Source: Bdellovibrionales bacterium (GTDB lineage Bacteria > Bdellovibrionota > Bdellovibrionia > Bdellovibrionales > DASUEL01). Taken from it: a DNA stretch of 64,000 nucleotides. The position numbers and the translations under genes are program-made. This document shows, piece after piece, positions 1 to 9,621 of the stretch. The stretch lies in the NCBI GenBank assembly GCA_050250255.1, contig JBFWOZ010000003.1, positions 68,239 through 132,238 on the forward strand, written 5' to 3'. The notes beneath the pieces are model-generated. The model was not told the DNA's origin. It did no database searches and saw only the letters and a list, made by a program, of their open reading frames with translations. Numbering within the stretch: the stretch's first letter is position 1; each line of letters begins with the position of its first letter.

Positions 1-155
1 TCTCATAAAACCGACTTAGCCTCCGTATTAAACCCACATGAGCTTTGCTCGAGGGGAATATCGGAAAAGTAGAGCAATTTGGATGCTCAAAGAGTGGGAA
101 CGGAGCACCCCGAAGAGCTTGCCTTTTTAATGGCTTAGAGGCTGAATAAAAGCCA

Positions 156-1769
156 ATGAGTAAATCCTTGTGGTCGCACCTACTATTAGGCGTACTGTTA
201 TTTGTCTTTTCCAGTCTTGGGCTTGGCTATCGTCATCTTTGGCAAGACGAGATCGAGACGGCGGAGCGTGCTCGAGCTATTTTGCAAACAGGATTTCCTC
301 AGGTCATTTTAAGCGAAGAAGATGTTTCGCTCAATGCCCATGGAAGAGAGTTGGAAGAGGGTAGCCTCCATCGTTATTCTCCTTGGGGGCAGTTTTATTG
401 GGGAGCTACGGGGCTCGCGATAGGGCCTCATTTGGGATTTTCTCGTGATCAATCGGTGAGAGAGCCTTTTGTATTCGCGCATGCTGCGACAAGCACAATA
501 TTGAGTTATGGTCTCGCTCAGCTTGCAGGGGTGCCATTGCCACTTGCGCTCGTTGTGGGTGCAACTTACGGACTTCAAACGACGCGCCTTCTGCATCATC
601 GAACTTCTCGTTATCATGCACTTCTTGATCTTTTTGCCGCTTTAGGAATTTTGGCACTGGGTTTTTGCCGAAGGAATCAAAAGCGAGGCTGGTCGATCCT
701 TGCCATAGTCATTTTTTTAGCACCTCAAGTACATACCTTAGGCGGTTCTTTATTAGCCGCGCTTCTTGGAATTATGAGTCTTTGCGTTCTGATGTTGAAA
801 GAAAAATCTCAACGTGAATGGAAAACGTGGGTTCTATTCTGTGTTCTTCCTGGGCTTATAACTTTGATTACGCTTCTTGGCTTAACTCGCCCTTGGGCCC
901 AAGGTGCATGGGGTACGATGACGGGTGAACATCTCTTTCGCAGTATTACCAACAAATCATTTGTTAGATACGCTCTAGATTACACACTCGTTGCGACGCT
1001 TTTCGCGGTTGTTTTCAAAAAAAGACAATTGGCAGCCGTACTTTGTGTGCTGATGATTTCCGCGTATCTGCTGACGGGAGCCCTCGACGCTCATCCTTTT
1101 TCGCAGGCGCGATATTATCTCTATCTGCCAACATTTTTTCTTTTTTGGAATATTGTTTTTCAACCCTTTATGGTTACGCAAAAAAAGTTTCAGTGGGCTC
1201 ACGGCCTCGTAATTTTGATTTTTATTTTAGGACCGGATCTCACGACAAGACAGTTTTCTGCTTTTCAAGGTTTGAAAGTTGTGTGGAATGATTTTCAAAA
1301 GGCGAGATCCCAAGAAAAACAACCATTGCATTTGGCGCTTGAAGAAATTCGTACTGAGCAAAAGCCAGTTCTGATTGATTACGTCCCGCAATTTGTGAAT
1401 TGGTATTTGCCGGGTTGGCCGCAGGCGCTGTTGCCCGATGCGACTCAACGCACGGAACTCAATCACTCCAATCCTATTTGGCAAAAACCACCCGTCATGC
1501 CGTACTGGCATTTGTGGTATTCCAGCTGGGAAAGTGGGGGATGGGTATGCATGCCTCACTGTGATTATGTGGCGGACGAGTGGAATGAAGAACGAACGCA
1601 GTATAAACTCACATCTCAACGCTTGGGAGAGTCACAAAAAATGTGTGTGGTTCGAGAGTGGTCAACGAACCCCTGGAACAATGCACCTTTTGAATTAATG
1701 CTACCTGAAAGCTTCACTCCGCGCGGGCGAGCCGATGGTCGTCTCACCCTTGCAAAAGTTTGCCCTTAA
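156..1769 (+). CDS. Polytopic membrane glycosyltransferase, GT-C fold (ArnT/PMT-like)
   Basis: N-terminal TM helix followed by LWQDE acidic motif, about 11 hydrophobic segments, soluble C-terminal domain; next to a polyprenol-phosphate sugar synthase. Confidence 0.6.
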   Translation: MSKSLWSHLLLGVLLFVFSSLGLGYRHLWQDEIETAERARAILQTGFPQVILSEEDVSLNAHGRELEEGSLHRYSPWGQFYWGATGLAIGPHLGFSRDQSVREPFVFAHAATSTILSYGLAQLAGVPLPLALVVGATYGLQTTRLLHHRTSRYHALLDLFAALGILALGFCRRNQKRGWSILAIVIFLAPQVHTLGGSLLAALLGIMSLCVLMLKEKSQREWKTWVLFCVLPGLITLITLLGLTRPWAQGAWGTMTGEHLFRSITNKSFVRYALDYTLVATLFAVVFKKRQLAAVLCVLMISAYLLTGALDAHPFSQARYYLYLPTFFLFWNIVFQPFMVTQKKFQWAHGLVILIFILGPDLTTRQFSAFQGLKVVWNDFQKARSQEKQPLHLALEEIRTEQKPVLIDYVPQFVNWYLPGWPQALLPDATQRTELNHSNPIWQKPPVMPYWHLWYSSWESGGWVCMPHCDYVADEWNEERTQYKLTSQRLGESQKMCVVREWSTNPWNNAPFELMLPESFTPRGRADGRLTLAKVCP

Positions 1770-2506
1770 TTCTTTTCGATATTTTGAGTGCGATGTTCCC
1801 AGCCGATTTTGAATACGCCCTTAAGAGCATGAGAGATTTCGCCTAAGTTCGTGTTGCTCTCGCCACGCTGGCGATTCACAAATACGATTGGAAAACTGTC
1901 TAAACGAAAACCCGCTCGTAAAAGATAGCTGATGGTTTCGCTGAGATAAATATAACCTTTGTATTGCTGTGGCATTTTACAGATAAATTCTGCGGCTCGC
2001 CGATTATAAAATCGATATCCATTCGTGAAGTCGCTGATTTTCCAATCAATCAATGTGCGTGCCAGTTGGTTCGCAAAAAAGCTAAACACACGGCGCTTGA
2101 GAGGCCAACCGATGATTTCTCCATGAGGATAACGTGACCCCATCACCATGTCGGCATCTTTGAGCATGCCCACACCTTTTTCAATGTCAGTTGGTGGGTG
2201 CGAGAAGTCGCAATCCATTTCAACGAAGGCTTCGAAGTTTTCTGAGTTTTGAAGTCCCCACTTGAGACCTTCGCGAACGGCGCCACCACGTCCATCTTTT
2301 TTTGAACGTACGATAAGATGAAGGCGACGAGATTGGTCTGCGGGAAGCTCTGCCTTTAGGGATTCAATCGCCTTTGCGGTACCATCGGGACTATTATCGT
2401 CCACAACGACGGTCCAAGAATCGGGTCGTAAATTGAGAATGGTTTTAACCAAATTCGGTAAATTTTCTTTTTCATTGTAAGAGGGGAGGACAACGAGTGT
2501 TTTCAT
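1766..2506 (-). CDS. Polyprenol monophosphate sugar synthase, GT2 (DPM1-like)
   Basis: Motifs PSYNE, VVVDDNSPDGT, EMDCDFSHPP, GSRY, DFTNGYR, FVNRQRGES. Confidence 0.88.
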   Translation of the reverse strand: MKTLVVLPSYNEKENLPNLVKTILNLRPDSWTVVVDDNSPDGTAKAIESLKAELPADQSRRLHLIVRSKKDGRGGAVREGLKWGLQNSENFEAFVEMDCDFSHPPTDIEKGVGMLKDADMVMGSRYPHGEIIGWPLKRRVFSFFANQLARTLIDWKISDFTNGYRFYNRRAAEFICKMPQQYKGYIYLSETISYLLRAGFRLDSFPIVFVNRQRGESNTNLGEISHALKGVFKIGWEHRTQNIEKN

Positions 2507-2515
2507 TTTCAGAAC

Positions 2516-3757
2516 CTATAAGCGAGAAAGTTGGCTAAATGCGTGGGTCAGGATATCACGGTCTTGCTGAGTGAATTCCGCATGGCAGCCGATCATGAAA
2601 CCACGATCTAAAATTCGATCGGAGTTTTTCATTTCACCCACTACGCGAGTTTTGATTCGATCCATCACCGGATGTTTTACAAGATTTCCTGCAATGATAG
2701 GGCGAGTCTCTACCATGTGTTTTTCTAAAATTTCTTTTACTTGGTGTACGTTCACCGGTGACTTTTCATCTAAAACAAAAGGAAGGGTCATCCACGAATG
2801 CGTGCGCTGAGTACGTGAATTTACGGATTGAAGTTTTTCATTCCCGATGAGGCGAATCCAAGGAGCATGTTTTTGAGTCAATTCGTGAGCGAGGCGCGCA
2901 GACTCAAGGCGCGTATCCAAAAATCGATCAATTTTTTTAATCTGAACAAGCCCGATAGCAGCCTGTAGATCTGTAGGACGAACGTTGTAACCGGTTTGTA
3001 CGAACAAGAAGCGGGGATCAAGGTGAGGATATTTTTTTTCCCAATAATTTTTATCAGATCGATCGCGTGACCAACCGTGGGCACGTAGACCTTTTAAGTC
3101 GTCGGCGATCTGGTCGTTGTTAGTGATGATCGTACCACCCTCCATCGTCGTGAGATGATGTGAGAAAAAATGAGAATAAGTTCCACCTACTCCAAAAGTT
3201 CCTACGTGTTCTTCGTTGAAGTAAGCACCCAAGCTCTCACAGCAGTCTTCCATAAGAGTGATGCGATTTTCTTCACAAAAATCAGCGATCGCTTTCATAT
3301 TGGCCGCTTGACCTAAAACGTGAATTAAAAAGAGACCTTTCACTTTTGGTGAAAGTGCTTTACGAGCCGATTCTAAATCAATGGCTAAAGTGGCGGGATC
3401 GATATCGATAAAAACAGGCACTAATCCAAGCTGCACGAGAGGCCAAATAGTGGTGGGCCAAGAAAGTGCGGGCACAAGAACTTCGTCGCCGACTTGAAGC
3501 TTCGGTTCGCCATGAAGTGGTCTCATCATTGCTTCGACTAAAAGTAAATTCGCTGAGGAGCCGGAATTTACCATGATGGCGTGTTTAGCGCCGATCCACT
3601 CCGCAATCGCGCGTTCGAAAGTTTTGGTTTTTTCGCCCATGGTGTAATAACCACTGCGCATGACAGCCATGGCTGCCTCGATTTCCTCTTCGTTAAAGCT
3701 ATTGCTAGCAAGGCGATACTTTTGTTCAGCTCCAGGGCTGTTTGTTTTTAAACTCAT
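2516..3757 (-). CDS. DegT/DnrJ/EryC1/StrS-family PLP/PMP enzyme, ColD/RfbH-like sugar 3-dehydratase
   Basis: Motifs NSGSSANLL, PALSWPTT, EDCCESLG; SHFFSHHLTTMEGG has His where aminotransferases have the catalytic Lys. Confidence 0.8.
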   Translation of the reverse strand: MSLKTNSPGAEQKYRLASNSFNEEEIEAAMAVMRSGYYTMGEKTKTFERAIAEWIGAKHAIMVNSGSSANLLLVEAMMRPLHGEPKLQVGDEVLVPALSWPTTIWPLVQLGLVPVFIDIDPATLAIDLESARKALSPKVKGLFLIHVLGQAANMKAIADFCEENRITLMEDCCESLGAYFNEEHVGTFGVGGTYSHFFSHHLTTMEGGTIITNNDQIADDLKGLRAHGWSRDRSDKNYWEKKYPHLDPRFLFVQTGYNVRPTDLQAAIGLVQIKKIDRFLDTRLESARLAHELTQKHAPWIRLIGNEKLQSVNSRTQRTHSWMTLPFVLDEKSPVNVHQVKEILEKHMVETRPIIAGNLVKHPVMDRIKTRVVGEMKNSDRILDRGFMIGCHAEFTQQDRDILTHAFSQLSRL

Positions 3758-4511
3758 AAGGTGTGCCGACTATATATTGAATATCGTCAGGTCGTCCAGC
3801 GGCTTCCTTTAGTAAATGACCATCCAGGCCATACTCTGCAAAGACCTCAACGGCGACATCTTGAATGGTGCGTCCATGACCTGTGCAAATTAAAACCGTA
3901 GGTGTGAAGGGTTCCTCCGTGAGGGCAACGAGCTGCTTACAGATCTCATCGGTTTTTATGTAATCACGCACATTATATAGCCCTGATAGAGGGGAGAAAT
4001 CCTTCTTTTGGGCTCTTATGTGAAGATTCGTAATGAGATATCCAGGTCTATGCAGCTTCGGCCAAATGCTAAAAACTCGGGCGATTATAAGTTCCGTTTT
4101 AGAGTTTTCAGAATATTTTTTTAGAGCAGTTTCCGCTTCCAATTTTGTTTTTGCATAAACAGATCGGGGGCCAACGGGCGAATGAATATTGAGGGATTGC
4201 CCTTTGGGAGGCGCGGCAAAAACGTGCGCACTGGAAACATAAATAAAACGTTTGCATCCCGCTCCCTCGGCGGCTTGAAACCATTTTAAAGAACCATTCA
4301 CATTCAGTTCGTAGGCCTTTTCAGGGGATCGTTCGCACTCCATAACGGAGGCCAGGCCTGAAAGATGGATCATGCTAAAGGGCGCAGAGGTTTTTTCCTC
4401 AAGCTCCTTGTTCATTTGTTCGACACTCTCTTCGAGGCGCGTTTTTAAAGGAATGGGGCCAGGAGGCATGTCGGAACCAATACTTCCTGTCGAGCCTGTG
4501 TAAACAATCAT
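3726..4511 (-). CDS. NAD-dependent epimerase/reductase (extended SDR)
   Basis: TGSTGSIG nucleotide-binding motif, YVSS, YAKTK catalytic motif, RDYI. Confidence 0.8.
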   Translation of the reverse strand: MIVYTGSTGSIGSDMPPGPIPLKTRLEESVEQMNKELEEKTSAPFSMIHLSGLASVMECERSPEKAYELNVNGSLKWFQAAEGAGCKRFIYVSSAHVFAAPPKGQSLNIHSPVGPRSVYAKTKLEAETALKKYSENSKTELIIARVFSIWPKLHRPGYLITNLHIRAQKKDFSPLSGLYNVRDYIKTDEICKQLVALTEEPFTPTVLICTGHGRTIQDVAVEVFAEYGLDGHLLKEAAGRPDDIQYIVGTPYEFKNKQPWS

Positions 4512-4702
4512 GAGTGAGACTGTAACTGTGCGCTGACTTGAAAATCAATGACAATTTACCAGCGATTCCCAGATGACAAGCTTTCAATATGTTTGCATTT
4601 TTTTTGATGAGTCTTGTTTTAAAAGATCTTTCGTCATAGTCGCGAATTCTTTGTGTGGGTGCCGGTACGGGCGTGGAGATTCTTGCACCAGTTGTTGTAC
4701 GA

Positions 4703-5548
4703 CTAGCCTCCTAGGAAATATCTAGAAAAATTATCAAAAAAAGACTGGTTTGGTTTTAGGTGTGAGAGCTCATCTTTTAATTGATCCATTACAATGACAG
4801 ATAAATCTCTAGCAGTGATTGTAATTTTAGGAAGAGGTCTCGAACGATCACCCTGTGGGCCAGCCATGCGACCTTGGGAGATTGTATTTCTGTAGTGAAG
4901 AGAAGCCTCATTTAATTCTTTAGATTCTAGAATGCGCCTCAGAGCGGGTCCTAAATATCTTAAAATTTTACCTTCTTTTGAAGTTGATTGAGAAAGCGTT
5001 GTGTAGTGATGGGTTAGGTCTCCATAGAAGTCGACTTCCCCTATAGACAAACTCTGTTCAAAAGCAAAGCTACGTTCTGGTTGAAGCGAAATTAAAAGTC
5101 TTGTTAGGCTACGTGGTAGTCCTTTAACAAACATATCACCCAAACTCCTCACTTCTGCGAGTGGGATACGTTGGTGAATAGGGCGAGATGTTTCGTACCC
5201 TTCTGTTGCTACTGGAATTCCATAAGCCTCATGAATTTTATCCAGGCGTCTTGCGAGTATTAATGTCTCTTCATGAGTTACGGGAGACGAAACTGCGTTT
5301 ATATTTCTAGGGTTTCTCAAGAACTGTTCCAAAACACTCAGGATAATCACGAAATTTGTTTTTGGAAAACGAGTGTTAGCATCCATGATTCTTTGAAATA
5401 CCTGGTCTCTCATCTCACGGGGAGAGGTTTCCGTGGGTGTTGAAGCGGATGAGTTAATATGAGCGCAAGTGTTTGTTGCAAGAGCGATGTCGAATAAGAA
5501 GGCTTGCATTAAAGATGTAAGAAAAATGGAGTAAATTAAAAAATGCAT
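4703..5548 (-). CDS. Hypothetical exported protein
   Basis: 281-aa ORF with hydrophobic N-terminus, AT-rich, no recognisable motif. Confidence 0.55.
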   Translation of the reverse strand: MHFLIYSIFLTSLMQAFLFDIALATNTCAHINSSASTPTETSPREMRDQVFQRIMDANTRFPKTNFVIILSVLEQFLRNPRNINAVSSPVTHEETLILARRLDKIHEAYGIPVATEGYETSRPIHQRIPLAEVRSLGDMFVKGLPRSLTRLLISLQPERSFAFEQSLSIGEVDFYGDLTHHYTTLSQSTSKEGKILRYLGPALRRILESKELNEASLHYRNTISQGRMAGPQGDRSRPLPKITITARDLSVIVMDQLKDELSHLKPNQSFFDNFSRYFLGG

Positions 5549-5652
5549 AATTATATCTCTTAAGCCTTCCCTGAGAACATAGGTGTGCCCTCAGATAAAA
5601 ACCTTTTTAAACTGATAAAAGAAAGTAATGCAGGATGTTTGCCAGAAAGGTT

Positions 5653-5738
5653 TGGTGCGCGTGAGTGGACTTGAACCACCATGCCATTGCTGGCGCCAGC
5701 CCCTCAAGCTGGTGCGTCTGCCATTTCGCCACACGCGC
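5653..5738 (-). tRNA. tRNA-Leu(GAG)
   Basis: Reverse complement GCGCGTG...CACGCGC-A-CCA; anticodon arm CCAGC-TTGAGGG-GCTGG; long variable arm; GGTTCAAGTCC T-arm. Confidence 0.96.
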
Positions 5739-6225
5739 AGATAACTTCCATGAATTCTAGAATTCGTGTATTCGCGAATTCATTCAAGAGAACGCACACT
5801 TAAACATTCAAACTGAGATCTTGTCAACGCGAGGCTAACCCCAAAGCGGGGGAGTTCTGTCATAGAAATATAAGAGTTTAGGATGAGCTCTCAGAATTGG
5901 GTCCACGGACGGACCCCTCATTTCTGCAAAACCTATGAGGGACGGAGCTATTCTCTCTCATCCTATGTCTCAGAATGAGACTCCAAGTTTTCTCTCTAAA
6001 AATTCCTCAGTCAAATTGGCCACTTAGACTGGGTGTTTAAACTTCGTACATGAGATACGGTTTGCCTACAAATTCGTAAGTCCTTAATAGTACAAGGCTT
6101 TCAAGTTTTACTTTAACTGCGGAGCCGAAAAAGGTCTCTTTTCAGTAACTTACGAAATCTCCCTGCGCCCATAAGTTTTAGAAATTCATGAATGTTTTCA
6201 AGCTTTTGTAAACTCTTAAAAAACA

Positions 6226-6241
6226 CGGCACAGCCTTAGCA
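6226..6241 (+). promoter_or_regulatory. Putative sigma54 -24/-12 promoter
   Basis: CGGCACAGCCTTAGCA gives GG-N10-GC with a GGCAC core, about 50 bp upstream of the AGGAG RBS and ATG at 6291. Confidence 0.6.
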
Positions 6242-6290
6242 ATTGAGTCCGTTGAGGGACTCTCTTGAAAAAGAGTTTTCTCTAGGAGTG

Positions 6291-7133
6291 ATGAAAGTGA
6301 AACCAAAAACATGGTCGAAAATTTTAGCGGTAGTACTTCTACTCTCGACTCTTGCAGCGTGTAGTAGCGGCGGACCTCAGGCTTCGGTACCTGCGGCAAC
6401 AGCTGCTCCGACAACGCCACCTCCGCGTGGTGATGATTCTGACGGCGATGGTATTCCTGATGAGGATGACCCTGATACTCCTCCAGAAGATGATGAGGAT
6501 ATATCGGAGCGCTACAATTGGCCGAGCGGTTCTACAGTGAACTTACAAGTTGATTCGTACCAAACTTTGGAAAGCTTTCTTCAGCGACCTGCAAATATAG
6601 ATATTAATGTGAATCCGGTAATGAAAATGAATGTGGATTTAGATCGATACCGTACAACTGGATTTTTCTCAGGAAAGATTCGCCTCGCCTTTGAAGAAGC
6701 CTCGAGTACTGGCAGTGGGACAAAATATAATGAGTATATATTTGATGCGGGTAACGAAAGTTTATCGAACCTCACTTTATATAACGGCTTTTATAATATT
6801 GGTGGCGTGATTTACTTTAAAGGTTTTGCTCAAGATCGTTTTGGTGGTTTAATCATCATCGTCGATCAGGCAGATGGTGTAGGACCGCTGAGCGGAACGA
6901 TTTACTTTAAAAATTTCCAATCTACGAACGTACAGAGCCAAGAGTATTGCTGGAATATTAAATCGAGCGGCAACACGGCTTATAGCGGTTATGACTGCCG
7001 AGACTTCTTAGTGAATAACAACATCAATATGACGAGCTCGGTACATCCGAACAGAACAATAAATGGACAAGGATTTTATACGAGACTTGGAACTTTTAGC
7101 ATGTTGAACGGCTCAACGGCCATTAGACAATAA
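6291..7133 (+). CDS. Lipoprotein with Pro-rich linker and acidic DxDGDGIPD Ca-binding-like motif
   Basis: Lipobox LAAC; start placed after AGGAG (ORF track starts at 6243). Confidence 0.75.
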   Translation: MKVKPKTWSKILAVVLLLSTLAACSSGGPQASVPAATAAPTTPPPRGDDSDGDGIPDEDDPDTPPEDDEDISERYNWPSGSTVNLQVDSYQTLESFLQRPANIDINVNPVMKMNVDLDRYRTTGFFSGKIRLAFEEASSTGSGTKYNEYIFDAGNESLSNLTLYNGFYNIGGVIYFKGFAQDRFGGLIIIVDQADGVGPLSGTIYFKNFQSTNVQSQEYCWNIKSSGNTAYSGYDCRDFLVNNNINMTSSVHPNRTINGQGFYTRLGTFSMLNGSTAIRQ

Positions 7134-7175
7134 GGACCGAGAGTAAAGGACTTAGGTTCTTAGGAGGATAGAAAA

Positions 7176-7850
7176 ATGAAAACCACAACTGTTCGCGCAG
7201 CAAACAATTATAAATTGTTTTATCTGTGGTTCACTGTCTTAGCTTTTGCTTTGGCCTTCACAGGCTGCGGTAAGAAAGACAATAACGATAACGGCGGCGC
7301 ACACGGAGGTTATGCTCCTCCAGGCACAGGCCCCGGCGGAGGCGTACTTCCTACGGGAGCGATCGCTGCAGCTGGTGTAGGCCATATTGACGGAGGAACG
7401 GGAGCGCTTCTGGCAGATCTTGTACTCGAAATTCGCGTTGCCAACTACACGGGTCAATTACAACCAGGTGTGAGCTACTCAGGACAAGTCGAAGCTTCAG
7501 GCGTGATCAGAGTTTCAAGAGCTGATCAGTACTGCGGAATTCCGGTAGGTGACTACGTGGTTTCTCCACTTCCAGGACGTCCAGGAACAATGACTTCTGG
7601 TCCAACAGGAAGCCAGCCAACGATTCGTGATTTGAATATTATCATCAATGGACCTTACGGACCCATTCAAGTGAATTTACCAGAGTTTTACCTCTACGCA
7701 AAAGCACCAGCGATTGTGGCCTTTAATGGTGGCCAATACCCATTCACGATGTTCGGTTGGATGCAGATCACAAACCCTCCGGCGAACCCTTACTACAACG
7801 TTTCTATGTGCCGAGATATTCTGTCACAGTTTACGATCACAAGAATTTAA
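7176..7850 (+). CDS. Hypothetical lipoprotein
   Basis: AGGAGG RBS, lipobox FTGC, Gly/Pro linker then beta-rich domain. Confidence 0.75.
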   Translation: MKTTTVRAANNYKLFYLWFTVLAFALAFTGCGKKDNNDNGGAHGGYAPPGTGPGGGVLPTGAIAAAGVGHIDGGTGALLADLVLEIRVANYTGQLQPGVSYSGQVEASGVIRVSRADQYCGIPVGDYVVSPLPGRPGTMTSGPTGSQPTIRDLNIIINGPYGPIQVNLPEFYLYAKAPAIVAFNGGQYPFTMFGWMQITNPPANPYYNVSMCRDILSQFTITRI

Positions 7851-7862
7851 GAGGTTAGAGTT

Positions 7863-8519
7863 GTGAGCTTCATGGGGAAAATCAAATTAAAAGTTCTACC
7901 GATGCTTCTGGCATTTACGATGCTAGGAGCTTGTGCAGAACGCTACCGTGAAGCCGATCCTGGCCGAAGTGCCGAGGAAGTCGAACAATTTCTTTCAGAC
8001 ATTCGCACGCGTGGAGCTTCGGGCTCTCAATCCGCAGCGGCTCTCAATTTAACAAAAGATCAATCCTCCATGATTTATTTTGCAGAATCCGACAACACCG
8101 GAAAAGCAGCGATGGGACCTATCCATGTAGTTGCTCCTTTAAGTTTTGAAGATCTCGGGATCGACATTCAACCTAAAGATATGGAATATCTCCGAATCTT
8201 TTTCGTAGAAAATTTGAATAACGGTGACCGTGAATACGCTCTCATTATTGATGTGAAAAAAACTGGAGCCCAGGCTCAAGCCTTTACGTTTGTTCATAAT
8301 GCGACAACGGCCGAAGTTGGCTCTAGTGTGGATGACGGCGTATTTGAAGTGACTTTCCCTCTTAGTACACAAGGGAACAAGGCCCTCATTCTTCGATCTG
8401 ATGATACGGATGCCGATTCAGAACTCATGGATGTCATCCAAATGCAATTTGGTGTGCTCTCTACCGAAAACGAAGAATTCTCTATCGGCCAAGTCAGCTC
8501 GATGGTCGGCTTCCGCTAA
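7863..8519 (+). CDS. Hypothetical lipoprotein
   Basis: Lipobox LGAC; third gene of a co-oriented cluster. Confidence 0.72.
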   Translation: MSFMGKIKLKVLPMLLAFTMLGACAERYREADPGRSAEEVEQFLSDIRTRGASGSQSAAALNLTKDQSSMIYFAESDNTGKAAMGPIHVVAPLSFEDLGIDIQPKDMEYLRIFFVENLNNGDREYALIIDVKKTGAQAQAFTFVHNATTAEVGSSVDDGVFEVTFPLSTQGNKALILRSDDTDADSELMDVIQMQFGVLSTENEEFSIGQVSSMVGFR

Positions 8520-8622
8520 ACCCCACTCCCTGACGCGAATCAAGGCGCACCCAGAGATATCGCTAAGCAATAAAACCCTATTTTACTTGCAAAGACCCCT
8601 ATAGGTTCAGTTGAATCAAGTT

Positions 8623-9498
8623 ATGTCACTGAAGTACTGGGTCGATTTTTTTGATGATCTCCAACAAATTCGTGGGCGTTCGCTCAACACAGTTATGGCT
8701 TATCGTCGTGACCTTGAACTCTACGCGCAGTTTGCAGACACCAAACAAGACATTCGCCAGTTCTATTCTTTCATGAAAAAACAAAAGCTCAGCACGCGCT
8801 CTCAGGCACGCGTGATTTCGAGCCTTCGTACCTATTTAAAATTTTGTGAGACGAAGGGGGATGAGCGCCCGGAGCTCCGCGAGCTTCGTCCACCAAAAGT
8901 GAAGGTGGGATTACCTCAAGTACTATCTCTCGAAGAGTTTAAATCTTTACTGGAAGCTTGTCGGGTAGAGAATCCGTATCGTTCTGCCAGAAATCAGCTC
9001 ACGTTACTCATGCTCTTTGGAGTGGGTTGTCGTGTGAGCGAACTCATCGCCATGGATTTAAAAGATTTCAATGAAATCGATGGTCACTTAGTGATTACCG
9101 GTAAAGGAAATAAGCAACGTCTTGTTCCTTTGACGGATCGATTGCTGAAAGAATTAAAAATTTATCTTTCAGACGTGAGACAACACTTGGTGAAAAAAGA
9201 GAGTGAACAAGCGATTCTCATCAACGATCGTGGTCACAGACCAAGTCGAGTGGATATTTGGAGATGGCTTGCCGCTTGGTCTGCGAAAGCGGGTGCTAAA
9301 GAAACGATTAACCCGCACAAATTCCGTCACGGTTGCGCAACGGCTCTTTTAGAATCCGGTGCGGATTTAAAATCTATCCAAATGCTTTTAGGTCATGCAA
9401 GTCTTCAGACAACTCAAATCTATACCAATGTGACCACTCAACGTTTAGTGGAGACAGTTCAAGAACACCATCCACTTTCTAAAATTAACGAAATCTAA
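8623..9498 (+). CDS. xerD: Site-specific tyrosine recombinase, XerD/XerC family
   Basis: NTVMAYRRDL, GCRVSEL, GKGNKQRLVP, HKFRHGCAT, LLGHASLQTTQIY with complete catalytic set; XerD versus XerC not certain. Confidence 0.85.
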   Translation: MSLKYWVDFFDDLQQIRGRSLNTVMAYRRDLELYAQFADTKQDIRQFYSFMKKQKLSTRSQARVISSLRTYLKFCETKGDERPELRELRPPKVKVGLPQVLSLEEFKSLLEACRVENPYRSARNQLTLLMLFGVGCRVSELIAMDLKDFNEIDGHLVITGKGNKQRLVPLTDRLLKELKIYLSDVRQHLVKKESEQAILINDRGHRPSRVDIWRWLAAWSAKAGAKETINPHKFRHGCATALLESGADLKSIQMLLGHASLQTTQIYTNVTTQRLVETVQEHHPLSKINEI

Positions 9499-9621
9499 AA
9501 TTTATAGAGTCTGGCGCGCCGCTTTAATCCGTTAAAGCAAGTCGCACTTCGGAAACAAAAAGTCCTCTTTTGCCAGTAAGAAGTTTTCTCCCTTGGCTTT
9601 TGTTTGCAGAGTTGTCTGCTC

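Noticed and set aside
1..72. Open frame ending at TAG 72
   Set aside because: Probably the tail of an upstream gene but too short to call
4600..5652. Island at the tRNA-Leu 3' end
   Set aside because: An AT-rich orphan is present but no duplicated tRNA end was found
8623..9498. Phage or island integrase serving the nearby tRNAs
   Set aside because: Size and motifs fit a chromosomal Xer recombinase, it lies outside the islet, and no phage genes are present
9593..9608. Sigma54 promoter before comM (similar cases near 13100 and 49776)
   Set aside because: GG to GC spacing is 9, 11 and 8 respectively instead of the required 10
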